A DNA stretch of 64,000 nucleotides from Dimorphilus gyrociliatus (lineage: Eukaryota > Animalia > Annelida), in assembly GCA_904063045.1 (NCBI GenBank), contig CAJFCJ010000007.1:1270510-1334509 (forward strand), read 5' to 3'. Every line of letters starts with the position of its first letter. Positions within the stretch are counted from its first letter, which is position 1. A program made the position numbers and the translations under genes. The notes below the pieces were generated by a model. It was not told the DNA's origin. It worked only from the letters and a program-made list of their open reading frames with translations, and did no database searches. Shown in pieces: positions 50,504-61,689 of this stretch.

Positions 50504-51150
50504 CTTCTGCTCATTCTCCTTCTCCTTCCTCTTCTTCGTTTTAACAAAGTAACCATTTCATATTTTGATCTAATATATTAAAATAAATAGTTTAACCAAT
50601 AAGATCGACTTCGATCAGTGATTGGTAATACAATACTTTTTATACATTTTTCTTAAATTGTATTTAATACGACCTTCAACCAGAAGTAAAAATAATTCGT
50701 AGCTATTATTTTATTGTTTTATATTAGTCTGATATCTAAATATACAATAAATACATATTTCCTACCTTTCAAATTGTAGATATTTGATTTATATTCTGCA
50801 TTTTGTTATCAAATATAGATATTATCCATGCGGTTTCTTTTTTTCAATCAAAATAGCTTAGGAACGATTTTAGTCAACTTGATATTATGTAAAGGAAGAA
50901 GAGAACAAAAGTGCCGTTTGTTTTTACTTTTGAAACAGCTAAATTGAAAAAAAAAATAACAGTAGATCGAAAATAGCGACACCTTGTGTTTCCATTGTAA
51001 ACCACGGAGATTAAACAATCATATACTAAAATGTGTGGAAATGTTTGGTTTGAAATATTTTTTATCCACCAGGGGTGCTACTGTCTGTTTTTTACTGTTT
51101 AAAATATTTATGAACCGTCTTGACTTTAGCATTCTCTGTTAAACTAAAAA

Positions 51151-52939
51151 ATGGAGATTCAAAAAGAAGTTGAAGAAATACTATTCAATTTAATAGATAA
51201 TAATGATATTAGAACTTTACAATCAAATTTAATAGAAGGAAGAGGTAGTATCAACGATATTACATTATTGAAATGTATGGAAAAATCGGTTATCGAGAAT
51301 AAATGGGAGATATTTGAATTATTCTCGTCATCGTGGATTTATCAAATATTCAGCGTGACCAGAATACGTAGAGAGTTCTTCCAGGTTCAAGGGGATTATT
51401 CAACAGGTTAGAATTTCTATTAGTTTTAACAAATAGTTTCTAATCCGTTCGAAAATTAATAATAAACCAAAATAACAACATTTTTTTATTGTCCAAAAAG
51501 CCTATGAATACGATAAAAGTGTTGACGAACTTTGGTTGGTATTGAAAAACTTTTATGACAAACTCTTAGATAATTCAGAATTGAATCAAGCCGATGAAGA
51601 ACTTATTATTTTGAAAGAAAGTATTCTACCCAAATTGGAAATGATTATCAAGATAAGTAATCATTCTACAAATCAAAAATTAATTGGATCTGAGAATGGC
51701 GAAGAGCAAAATTGTCTTGTTGTCAACTCTTTGCGTTTGCTTTTGAGGTGTACGAATTGTGATAATAATATGGAAAAGATCAACGAATTGACAAATAAGC
51801 TTAGTGTTCAAAAGAATCCTGAAATATATGAGTTGCTTTTGAATAGTAATTTAAAAGCCAAATTTGCAGTTATTAAGAAAATGCTTGAAAATAGAAGGAA
51901 GAATGATATTAACGATTCAAGTTTAATTGAAAGTTTATCGAGATTTAAAGCACCATTGTATTCAGTTGCGACTATGCTAAAATTAATGACTTTTAACGTG
52001 GAAGAGAAGGAAAAGATTGGCGAAATATTTCTAAGGAATAGAGCGGAAGAACTATTCCAATATGGAGTTAAGAAAAATATTTTTCCTTTTACAATAAGAG
52101 CAGCACTTACGTCGTTAACGTGGAGCAATAGAATATTAAACAATTTTATTGATGATCATTTCTCAATCTATAGAGAACTTTTTAACAACAATAAGTTATT
52201 TATAATGAAAGATTATGATATTCCTAATCCAAATGCTATTCTGAAAGCTTTCAATCATCGCCGATTTCAAGATTGTCAACAAATTAAAAGTTTCTTTTTT
52301 AAAAATCTTTTCCAAGATCAAAATCTTTCGAATGGTCTTGTAGATTCAATTCGACACGGTAACGAATGGTTTACAGCTCTTTTTGCCGTAACTATCGGCT
52401 ATGATATGGGACTTCGACTGTCGCAGGGTGTCATAGATTTCGCATTCACTCAATTGTTAAACGGTTCGTCTCTACGATCTAAACATCATACTGCGTGGAA
52501 CTCAATTGATTATACTTCTCAAGAAGTTTTCTGGTGTTGTAGACTGCTTGTTACAATAATCTGGTGTGGATATACATTGTCAGATACGAATAACTTGAAG
52601 AATCTTTACGAAAAAACAAAAAGTAACTGCTCAGGTAGTGATACATTTGATCGCCTCTTGCATTTTATTGCCAATTCTAGTCAAAAACAATTTAGTTTCC
52701 TTATGCGAATTGCTAATAGAAATCACGAAATAATGACTCTAAAATCAATGGCAAGATCGACAATCAGATCAGAATTAACTAAACCATTTAGAAGAAATTT
52801 GGCGATTTTGTTGGATAAATATCCACATGTACAGTCGGACTTTATTAATTTGGAAAATGAAATAGTGGATTTAAAATTGGAAAGAATTAAATTCCGAATA
52901 CTTAACAATAAATTCCGCCTTATTCATCCAAAATTATGA
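51151..52939 (+). CDS. SOCS/BC-box family member 8 (exons 51151-51406 and 51501-52939)
   Basis: A 94-nt phase-1 intron (ACAG|GTTAGA...TTTTTTTATTGTCCAAAAAG|CC) fuses the 86-aa and 467-aa ORFs in frame. Motif MTLKSMARSTIRSELTKPFRRNL. Confidence 0.75.
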
Positions 52940-53534
52940 TAAGAAAGAAAGAGAAAAAGAAGGGAAAAGTAAAATATATAGTCATTCATAATCATCTAAT
53001 TTTATTCACTTTCCCTTTTCGTACAATTACAATTTGTTCAGATTCATATAAAAGCAAGTAAAAACAACAAAAGACTATTATAATTTAACGGAAACATTGC
53101 ATTTATTGTATATGTTAATTTTGTAATTACTGTTGTTCTTTTTTTTTATTGCATATATGTTTTCAGAGTATAATGTATACACATTTATTCAAATATATTT
53201 TAATTATAATTTTTATGTGTTTTAAAACTGAAAACGAAATTAGAAAACAAATTACGAATCCTACTTTCGTTTCTGTGCCAGCTGATATCAAATTTCCGAA
53301 ATTATTTTAAATATTATATTTTCAATATAGTATTACCCTGAACTATTTGTTATATGAAATCGTTCCTAGACGAAAACGAGATAAAAAAATAGCAATGGTT
53401 TTGCAGAAATGGATTGATATTCTTGAACTCTAAAGTCCATAAACTGGTTTGTGGTACATTGTTGTCATTGTCGTAACGAAAAGGGGAACTCATATACATA
53501 CGTTAGTTAATCGTGAAGAAACATATCCGTTGAA

Positions 53535-54932
53535 ATGGCAGCAGAGATTGGGTATCCTGATAAGAACGTAAAATTATCAACGATTTGGTATTATATTGAA
53601 AATGGGAAGACATGTTCATTGGAGAGTATTCTATGTTATCATCCTAATAAAATTAAATCATACGATTTAGCAACCTGTATAATAAAATTAGCGTTGAAAG
53701 CCGATTCTGATGATTATATAGACAGCGAAATAGAGAGAATTTTCTATTTACTCTGTACAACATGGATTCTATTAGTTATTAAAGATCCTTACGTTCAGAA
53801 TAGTTTTAAAGAAAACGAAAAAGGAATCAAAATACCTGTACCATTTAAAGTCAGAGATTTTATAGCTGCTTGGTTTCATTCTGCTTTTAAGGAAATAAAA
53901 GAACATTTCAGAGAAGAGAAACCTCTATTTAAAAATCTGCTTAATTTATTAGCAATAGCACCTAAACAGGTGACTAATGAGACGATCAGGAAACTTTGGC
54001 CCTTGTATTTTGCAAATGGGACACTCCTGTATGGTATTAGAGATAAGGCGTTAAAGGAGAACGATCAAGTTATCTTAATGATTATTAGTAAATATGACGA
54101 GAAAATATTTCATTCGTATGCCGTGCTTTCAACAGCAATTTCCAAAGATACTCAGTCGGATGACAGCAGAAGAGGATGGAAAAGATCAGCCAATGGGAAT
54201 TTATGTTTAAAAGATAGTATTAAAATGTTTAAGGCAAAATATTTTAATGCAGTTTTAAAATCTGAAAACGAAAGAGAAATTGAAGTCAACTGTTTTAGAT
54301 CTATTGTTAAAATAACTACACTGCTGATAGGAATTCTTCATCCAGACTTTTTAAAAAAGTTCATCACTTGGATTCATCGGGAGAAAATCTACAATCATCT
54401 TTGGGAAATTCAATTAATAAAAGCATGCCTAAAAGTTAGGAAAATAAAAGTTGATTTATCAATAATTTCACTCAGAGTCATTACTGAAACTCTACTTTAT
54501 TTTCAAAGCAAAAAATTATGGTACTCTACTTATCAAAATCTTCTATTCTTAGCAGTTAGGTGTGGATTCTATCTTGATGAATTGCAAATTCCAGAAGAGA
54601 ATTTACAAGGAATAGCTAGTCATTTTCAATGCTCCATTGAAATGCTGTTAAGTGATCGTTCTTATTATAGACTCATGAAAAAATTGGGAAATGTTGTATC
54701 TCCTTTATCTTTAAAAACTATAGCAATTTATTCTATCAGAAAGAGCATAAAACCGCCTTTCTCTATAAATTTTGAACGTTTAGGAGGTTATGATATCTCT
54801 CCAGGAATATTTGACCTTCTAAAAATTATTGACATAGAAGATGATACACAGAACTCCAAAACACGAAACGATGTTGTGAATAATTTTGATTGTTTGAGAA
54901 ACAAAACTAATAAAATTTTTACGATTATTTGA
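53535..54932 (+). CDS. SOCS/BC-box family member 9, 465 aa
   Basis: The most canonical BC box of the set, SPLSLKTIAIYSIRKSIKPPF. Shares AVRCGF and WPLYFANG with members 10 and 12. Confidence 0.85.
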   Translation: MAAEIGYPDKNVKLSTIWYYIENGKTCSLESILCYHPNKIKSYDLATCIIKLALKADSDDYIDSEIERIFYLLCTTWILLVIKDPYVQNSFKENEKGIKIPVPFKVRDFIAAWFHSAFKEIKEHFREEKPLFKNLLNLLAIAPKQVTNETIRKLWPLYFANGTLLYGIRDKALKENDQVILMIISKYDEKIFHSYAVLSTAISKDTQSDDSRRGWKRSANGNLCLKDSIKMFKAKYFNAVLKSENEREIEVNCFRSIVKITTLLIGILHPDFLKKFITWIHREKIYNHLWEIQLIKACLKVRKIKVDLSIISLRVITETLLYFQSKKLWYSTYQNLLFLAVRCGFYLDELQIPEENLQGIASHFQCSIEMLLSDRSYYRLMKKLGNVVSPLSLKTIAIYSIRKSIKPPFSINFERLGGYDISPGIFDLLKIIDIEDDTQNSKTRNDVVNNFDCLRNKTNKIFTII

Positions 54933-55031
54933 GAAACTGAAAGTGTAAATTCCAATCGAAAATGAAAGTAGGAAAAAAATTTTTTTATATACAAAAGTAG
55001 AATTACAGAGCCAATAGTCACAGTTTGTGTC

Positions 55032-55634
55032 ATGCAGAATACGAAGCTTTCCTTTCGTTGTCACGAAGAGAATTTAACTTTCGAGGAATGTTGCAGCAAT
55101 TTAGCGTCTATTCATGAATATGATGTAGCGATTAATCTAAAAGAGGTTTTAACCGAAGTTTCAACCAGGAATGATAAAGAGAACTGTGAAGCAGATTCTT
55201 TTGCCTTACGGGAGATGGATTATCACTCTTGTAAGATTTTACTGACTTCTCTCATTATTAAAATATGGAATAAAAAGTACACTGAACATTCTTTGCAAAT
55301 GATTGATTGTAATTATAAAACTTTGAGATTTCATCCTATACAAGAGGAAGTTGAATATCGTTTCCAGAATATTTCGGTCGATATCAGAAATTGGTTTTTA
55401 TATGTTTTTGAGAAAGTTGCCAATCTGGAAATTACGGATACTATTTTTAACGATATTATTAAAATTATGCTAGAACCTTTCGGAGAAAATCTTGATTGGC
55501 CGGAACTCTACAAAAATGGCAAAATCTTATCTTATTTGCTTTATATTGCAATGAAAAACAACGATGAAGATATCGTCCAATTACTAACGGAAAACATTAG
55601 TTTGTATACAAAACAATCTTCTTTATTTCAATAA
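55032..55634 (+). CDS. Truncated family member 10, 200 aa, N-terminal half only, no SOCS/BC box
   Basis: DIRNWFLYVFEKV and WPELYKNGKILSYLLYIAMKNNDEDIV align with members 9 (FIAAWFHSAFKEI; WPLYFANGTLLYGIRDKALKENDQVI) and 12 (HIDDWFTSVYERV; WPKLFASGALLMKIREKAFNDHDQML). Only ~180 bp remain before member 11. Confidence 0.65.
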   Translation: MQNTKLSFRCHEENLTFEECCSNLASIHEYDVAINLKEVLTEVSTRNDKENCEADSFALREMDYHSCKILLTSLIIKIWNKKYTEHSLQMIDCNYKTLRFHPIQEEVEYRFQNISVDIRNWFLYVFEKVANLEITDTIFNDIIKIMLEPFGENLDWPELYKNGKILSYLLYIAMKNNDEDIVQLLTENISLYTKQSSLFQ

Positions 55635-55812
55635 AGCTAACTTTTATAGTTTTTAAACATATTAAACTAATATATATATATACTGTATATTCAAATTCAA
55701 ACAACTCATAATAAGCTTAAATTATTAATAACCAACACGGAAAATAGAGCAAAAAACAAAATGATAGTAATGTTACAGATAATTATGTAAATCTTCAAGA
55801 TATCAATAATAT

Positions 55813-57526
55813 TTATAGTGGAAATAATTCTTGCGGTTCAAGATAATCGCTGAAATTTATACATCTTTCAATTTGTTGCGGAAGTTTGAAAACGCTTGTC
55901 AATTGTGTAAGATTCTTCCGGAAAGGCTTCTTAATATTACGTCTAATAGCTATTATTGCCATATCTTTTAATGGCTTAACTGACTTTTGTTCGTATAGCT
56001 TCAGAGTGATTTCATTGTAGTTCTTTTGATCGGACATAACTAATATTGAATTTATTACGTAGGAAATAACATTTTCCTTCCTCAAAGCATTCAAAAACGT
56101 ATTCGATAAGTCGAGATTTTTGAAAGTATACCCATACCAAGTCAACATTGACAAAAATGTCAATGAAGTTTTGACAAGAGATTTCATATTGACATTCTCA
56201 GATGTAAATTTCCCGTTGTTTATAATACGATTTATAGCGTAATCAACGACATCCTGCGAGAGTCCCACGGCATTATCACTACGAGAGATAATATAACGAA
56301 AGGCCTTTAGAAATTCATTAACAGACGATGAGATATTAGCCGACGACATGAGAAGTCTAAAAAAAAAGTTTTTAACATTTGCATTATGATAAAATCTTTT
56401 ATGATAGAAGACAACTTTGACACTTTTCAACGAGGGAAAACCTTTCGCTTCAAAATCATTAGACTGAAATAATTTCTGATAAACTTCACCGTAGCAGCTA
56501 AGCAAAGAGCACAATACTTCTTCGTCGTTGATAATACTTTGCAGAGCTAAATTTACGGTAAATTGATAATTTTCTTTCAGAAAATTCCAGACGGTTCTCG
56601 ATTGATTTTCAGTAGGATAAATCTTTCGAAATTTTTCACCAATTATAGCTATATGCACTATTTCGTTGTAATGATTAGATACGTCATCCTGATATTTATA
56701 CGAAGGCTCTATTCTACTTGCTTTTCTAGTTGTAAGATTTTGAAAAAAGCTAAACTTATCTGGATAATTGCATGATAACACCAAATAAAAGCTATATCTA
56801 ACATGTTGTAGTTTCTTTGAAGTCGCGATCACTTCCAATAGATATCGATTCTTTGCAACCAAAGCATAGGTTAGGAAAGATAGTAAAATCCTAACAGCAT
56901 CTTTATGATTTTTAGACCATTGATTATCAATATCTCCAACAATTGTAGTTAAGAATAATCTACTGAACCATTCGGGAGATTTATTCCATATAGATATATT
57001 CGCTGATCTAGTTGGTTGGTAAAATCGGTTTCGTTTATCCTTTTCCTTTGAATTGGAAGTTTGATACGTGTGAATAGTCTTAATGACTTTCCCAAACCAA
57101 TTATTCAACCAATTGTCAGTTATCTCCCTTAGTATATCAATGTTCCTTTGAAGATACCTCGAAGTATCATAAATATCGTTTCCACTTAAGTCAATTATTC
57201 GACAAATATACGCGACAGATAATAAATTGAATATTCTTTTGTTAGACTTCAAGAACGATTCCCTTGTCGATATAAAGAAAACCCAGTCACTAATATCATC
57301 ACGTCTCGTAGTTAAAATTTCTGATATGGCTTTCTCATCATTTAAATCTATACATTCCGTAAAAGTATTTAAATCCTTTTGTTCTTGGTCGGTGAGAGTC
57401 TCCTTCTTGATATCTTCATTGTAACTCTGCAATGGAAAAGTTAAGTTAAAAAATGTTTCATTAATATACGAAATAAGTGAACCGTACATTAGTATAGAAA
57501 AGTCTAAACATTTCCCTTTTCAACAT
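55813..57526 (-). CDS. SOCS/BC-box family member 11 (probable exons 57526-57488 and 57426-55813)
   Basis: Strong acceptor TTTTCCATTGCAG at 57427 with a phase-0 donor at 57487. Motifs GLSQDVVDYAI, LTWYGY, SDQKNYN and KPLKDMAIIAIRRNIKKPFRKNL...LPQQIERCI. Confidence 0.8.
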
Positions 57527-57981
57527 GACTGATTCTTAACAAAGTAATTATATAACAATTATATATATAATCGTTTTAAATCTTAATTTAATGAAAATTT
57601 TGCACGGGAGCCAGCAACAAATCTTATCATTTGAAAATAACCGATTAGTACTCGTGACCGTTACATGCCTACAACCACTTCCTATTATACTATTGAGTAC
57701 TTTCAATTACAACCACTCAAGCTCTAGTATAGAGTTGTACAATAAGAAAAACGGTATTTCAAAATATATGTAGTATCAACTTGAGATATTTGTCGTTTTG
57801 CTTCTCAATAATTTATTAAACGAACGGTAAAACTTAGTTTATATGTTAAATTTAGATTATAGTTAAACATTATATATTATTGCATAAACAGCAGATATTT
57901 ATACATATAAATATAAACTATACACTGTTTATAACTTGAGTGTTTTGCTAATTAAATTTATTCTATGCCAAAAAAGTTAAT

Positions 57982-59442
57982 ATGGAGGCTTACCAAAGAG
58001 AAACACAACTAAAAATCATTGAGGAGGATGTACTATGGCCAATAGTTGAGAAAAGAGATTTTGAGCAACTTTTTTGTCTTATAGAAGATAAAGAATTAGA
58101 CATTTCCGTGTATAGTCTAGCAGTTTGTATTAGAAGACTAATTTTGGGAGGAAATAGCATGATTATTGATAAAATAATGAAAAGGTTTGATATTGAGAGG
58201 AAAGAGAAGATGTTCCTCGCTTTATCAATAAGTTGGATAGCTAGAATATTTCGAGAAAAGTATGTTCAACATCAGGCTGAGATTATGGTTCCCAACGAAT
58301 TTAAAAATTTACATGTTCACGATGAGACTATATTCCAACATATTGACGATTGGTTTACTTCTGTTTATGAAAGAGTTCACAGGCATAGTTCAGAAGAGCA
58401 CACCCTCTTCTTTGACCTTATGTGCAAATTTATGCAGCCTCCTTCACCAGTTCCCTGTATAAACGCTATAACTGTTTGGCCAAAATTGTTCGCAAGTGGA
58501 GCATTACTAATGAAAATTCGAGAGAAGGCTTTCAATGATCACGATCAAATGCTTGTAACGATTATGGAGAGGAACGAGCGCTTTCTGCAAAAAGTTGTCG
58601 TAAACAATATAGTTAGTAATAATGCTGATATCTGGTTAAATGATAATTTTGCGCTGTCAGTTGTACCAATTGTAGAATGGATGAATCACGTTACTTTTGC
58701 TGAAACGCTTAACGCCGAAGGTGTATCGGACCTTTTATTTTTATCAAAGGTTGTAAATAGTCCATTTAATCAGTTCCTAGAAAGGAAAAGAGAATCGTCC
58801 AACACTCGTGTAACCCTATGCAGAACTTTGGCAAATAGAGAAAGAAGTCGAATGAATACGCTCGTAAATATTATCAGAATTCTTCCAATTGACTACGTCG
58901 ACAAAATTTTGAATCTCTTCTATAATAATATATTCAGCATGGACGAATGGGAGAGATATTTGATTGGTATAATCGGAACGCTAAACGCAAATTACGATCT
59001 TAGTTTCGTATCAATGAAATGTATTTCAATAGTAATATCGTTTCTTATGAAAGATTTAAGCTATTCATGGGATAAAGTAACTGTTGCATGCACAAAACTT
59101 TTGGCTCTTTTCATTAAAAGTGGATACCTCTTGGATAATTTAATTTTACAACCAGATAAATATCTTAGGTTGTACCTTCATTTGGGATGCGAACTTTGGG
59201 AAGTTTGTTCTCAAAAAACGTTTCATAAAATAAAATCAAGTTCTTATATCTTCCCTATGCCACTTGTTGGAATGAGTAGAAACGTTATTCGTCGTACGAT
59301 TAGAAAACCATTTATGGACAATTTGAAACTAATCGGGGAACAGTTCAACTTACCACCCTATGCTCAAGATCTAATTTCGCTTAAGACAATCTACGAGCCA
59401 ATTTTGATACCTTGTAAGATGAAACAATTCTCACCGAGTTAA
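57982..59442 (+). CDS. SOCS/BC-box family member 12, 486 aa
   Basis: Motif MPLVGMSRNVIRRTIRKPFMDNL...LPPYAQDLI. Subfamily of members 9 and 10. Confidence 0.85.
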   Translation: MEAYQRETQLKIIEEDVLWPIVEKRDFEQLFCLIEDKELDISVYSLAVCIRRLILGGNSMIIDKIMKRFDIERKEKMFLALSISWIARIFREKYVQHQAEIMVPNEFKNLHVHDETIFQHIDDWFTSVYERVHRHSSEEHTLFFDLMCKFMQPPSPVPCINAITVWPKLFASGALLMKIREKAFNDHDQMLVTIMERNERFLQKVVVNNIVSNNADIWLNDNFALSVVPIVEWMNHVTFAETLNAEGVSDLLFLSKVVNSPFNQFLERKRESSNTRVTLCRTLANRERSRMNTLVNIIRILPIDYVDKILNLFYNNIFSMDEWERYLIGIIGTLNANYDLSFVSMKCISIVISFLMKDLSYSWDKVTVACTKLLALFIKSGYLLDNLILQPDKYLRLYLHLGCELWEVCSQKTFHKIKSSSYIFPMPLVGMSRNVIRRTIRKPFMDNLKLIGEQFNLPPYAQDLISLKTIYEPILIPCKMKQFSPS

Positions 59443-59910
59443 ACACCTATTGGATTGGCAAAAGACTTTTGTAATTAAACTTTCATACTGACCTATTTTG
59501 CATTTGTGTTATTTGTGTAGTTAAATGTAAATTGATACTTGAATACATGAAGTTCTTGATAATATTGTTTAAGAGACTTGTAGAGAAGGTTAGCTAGATT
59601 ATTTTCGCTTGTTGAACGAATAGAATAATATTTTATTCAAGCGTCTCATTCCGTATCCAAAAACGAGATAAGAGATTAAACTGCTTTTGAGAATGTGCTC
59701 ATTAATTTTAATTAGTTCTCACTTAATTTCATTGCTGAATTGATTTTTATAAACCTATATAATATTGAATTGTCTTTTTTATATTCGAGCTGCTCATCAA
59801 CAAGATAGAGGTGATATAAGTATTTTAAAACCGCTGTTACAATTCTTAAGGTTTTAGCTTATTCGAATTGATTAAACGGACGAAAAGAAATGTAAGTTAA
59901 TTAATACATT

Positions 59911-59953
59911 TCATCATCACTATCATCATCATCATCGTCATCATCGTCATCAT
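59911..59953. repeat. (TCA)n imperfect trinucleotide microsatellite
   Basis: Direct reading. It lies in the probable 5' intron (59892-60036) of member 13. Confidence 0.85.
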
Positions 59954-60048
59954 GATAAAAACATATACAGATTTATCTTGAATAATAAATATCGAATGAC
60001 ATCTTGTGGGAATAAATAATTATTTTATTTTAATAGGCTAAAATCCTT

Positions 60049-61689
60049 ATGGATATGGATAATTTGTCAAATTGCATTAAATTTGATGATATATTTTCAA
60101 TAAAGTCAATTCTTTTGGACGGTAAGAGACTTAGCGCTTCGATCTATTTGAGTTGTTTAACTGAGGCTCTGCTATTAAGGAAAACATATATATTCAAAAT
60201 TCTCGGAGTTGCCTTCGTAACGCAAATGATTGATAGCGAAGATATTGATCCGATAGTTTCTAGAGATAAATCCGAATATAAATTTAGTAAAGCAAGGGTA
60301 AATAGTTGGTTAATTTCAATTTATAGAAGTATAATGAGAAGAATAAGATTTACAAATTGTACAAAAGATGAAATTTATAATGAGCATAAATCGAAAGAGG
60401 ATGAAATATGGAAAATATTAGAGAATCTATTAGATGAAGAATATTCAAATATTTTTCATGAGAATAGAATTAATAATTATGATTATGTTAAATATATATT
60501 TTGGTTAATGAACGAAGCCCTTCAAACAAACGATCAAATATGTCTCCTTATAACAACGAAATCTAAACGATTAACATTCGTTACGGACAGCTATTATTTA
60601 CTTATTAAAAGTAATTTTACAAATAAAGAAGAGCTTATAAATAAAATGGTATCTTTTCGAAGTATTTACGATAATAGTTATTACGAAGTTCTTAAAGAAA
60701 TTTCATCTGATAAGACGATTATAAAAGAAATTGAAATACAGAAAATCTTTTACTGTATAAAAATACCAGCAAAACAAAAAATGGAATTATGCGAAACGGC
60801 AATTATCAATCCAAATATAGAATTTATTAAACTTGCCGTTAAAAGTAATTTGTTTATTTTTACAAAGGCTTGCGCATTTTATATTATATTTCGACAATTT
60901 GATATTCTCTCCTATTTCTTGGACTATTTTCCAAAGGAATTTGTTAATTTTTTCGATCAAGCCCACTATTTTATAAACAAAGTTAACCTATTTCCCTATT
61001 CTTCTAGTTTGAAAATATTATTTGAGCATAAACTATTCAAGAAAAGTCGCAGATGCCGTAATTTCTTTTTCGATCTTCTATTTCAACCTAACGTCTTTCT
61101 ACCGTCGATTAAGAGGATTGGCGATAATGGTAATGAATTATTGAATCTATTGGATCTTGTATTAGCTCATAGCGAAACCATTGGCATCTCTCAATCTATG
61201 GTCGACATGGCATTTTATTATATTGTAAACGATTCTAGAAATCTGGACTTTGAATTAACTTTTTTGCTGAGTTTCGAAGATTTGAATTCGAGTTTTTATT
61301 TCAGAGGTAGAATACTAGCTACACTTATATCTTACGGCTATACATACTCAGTATTAAACCTAACTCATGGATTTATAAAAAAATTAGAGACAAATCCCTT
61401 GCAGCGCCATCTCTTTTCAATGTTAATAGAAATTTCAAATCAAATTCAACATTTCAATATATTTAGAGTATTCTTTGGAAAGTCTAAAATTCAACCACTA
61501 AAGTCAATGGCGAGGTTTATAATTAGAAAAAATATACCTAAACCTTTCAAACTTAATTTGAGAGCTTTTATTAATCATTATAATCTATCAAAATCCAATA
61601 TGTTCAACATACTTGAACTAGGAAGCGAAATAAGTTGGCTCGATACGAATGAATGTAAGAATAATCTATTACATTATTTTATAGATTGA
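60049..61689 (+). CDS. SOCS/BC-box family member 13, 546 aa
   Basis: Motifs FEHKLF, GISQSMVDMAF, LISYGY and QPLKSMARFIIRKNIPKPFKLNL. Confidence 0.85.
   Translation: MDMDNLSNCIKFDDIFSIKSILLDGKRLSASIYLSCLTEALLLRKTYIFKILGVAFVTQMIDSEDIDPIVSRDKSEYKFSKARVNSWLISIYRSIMRRIRFTNCTKDEIYNEHKSKEDEIWKILENLLDEEYSNIFHENRINNYDYVKYIFWLMNEALQTNDQICLLITTKSKRLTFVTDSYYLLIKSNFTNKEELINKMVSFRSIYDNSYYEVLKEISSDKTIIKEIEIQKIFYCIKIPAKQKMELCETAIINPNIEFIKLAVKSNLFIFTKACAFYIIFRQFDILSYFLDYFPKEFVNFFDQAHYFINKVNLFPYSSSLKILFEHKLFKKSRRCRNFFFDLLFQPNVFLPSIKRIGDNGNELLNLLDLVLAHSETIGISQSMVDMAFYYIVNDSRNLDFELTFLLSFEDLNSSFYFRGRILATLISYGYTYSVLNLTHGFIKKLETNPLQRHLFSMLIEISNQIQHFNIFRVFFGKSKIQPLKSMARFIIRKNIPKPFKLNLRAFINHYNLSKSNMFNILELGSEISWLDTNECKNNLLHYFID

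Noticed and set aside
32589-59442. Small ORFs antisense to or overlapping the array genes (e.g. 32589-32978, 34607-34906, 51808-52143)
   Set aside because: They are expected shadow frames of long AT-rich coding exons and have no independent features.
31824-61689. Endogenous giant-virus or poxvirus-like origin of the intron-poor array
   Set aside because: No viral hallmark genes, integrase or terminal repeats are seen, and several members have canonical spliceosomal 5' introns. A remote origin cannot be excluded without homology searches.
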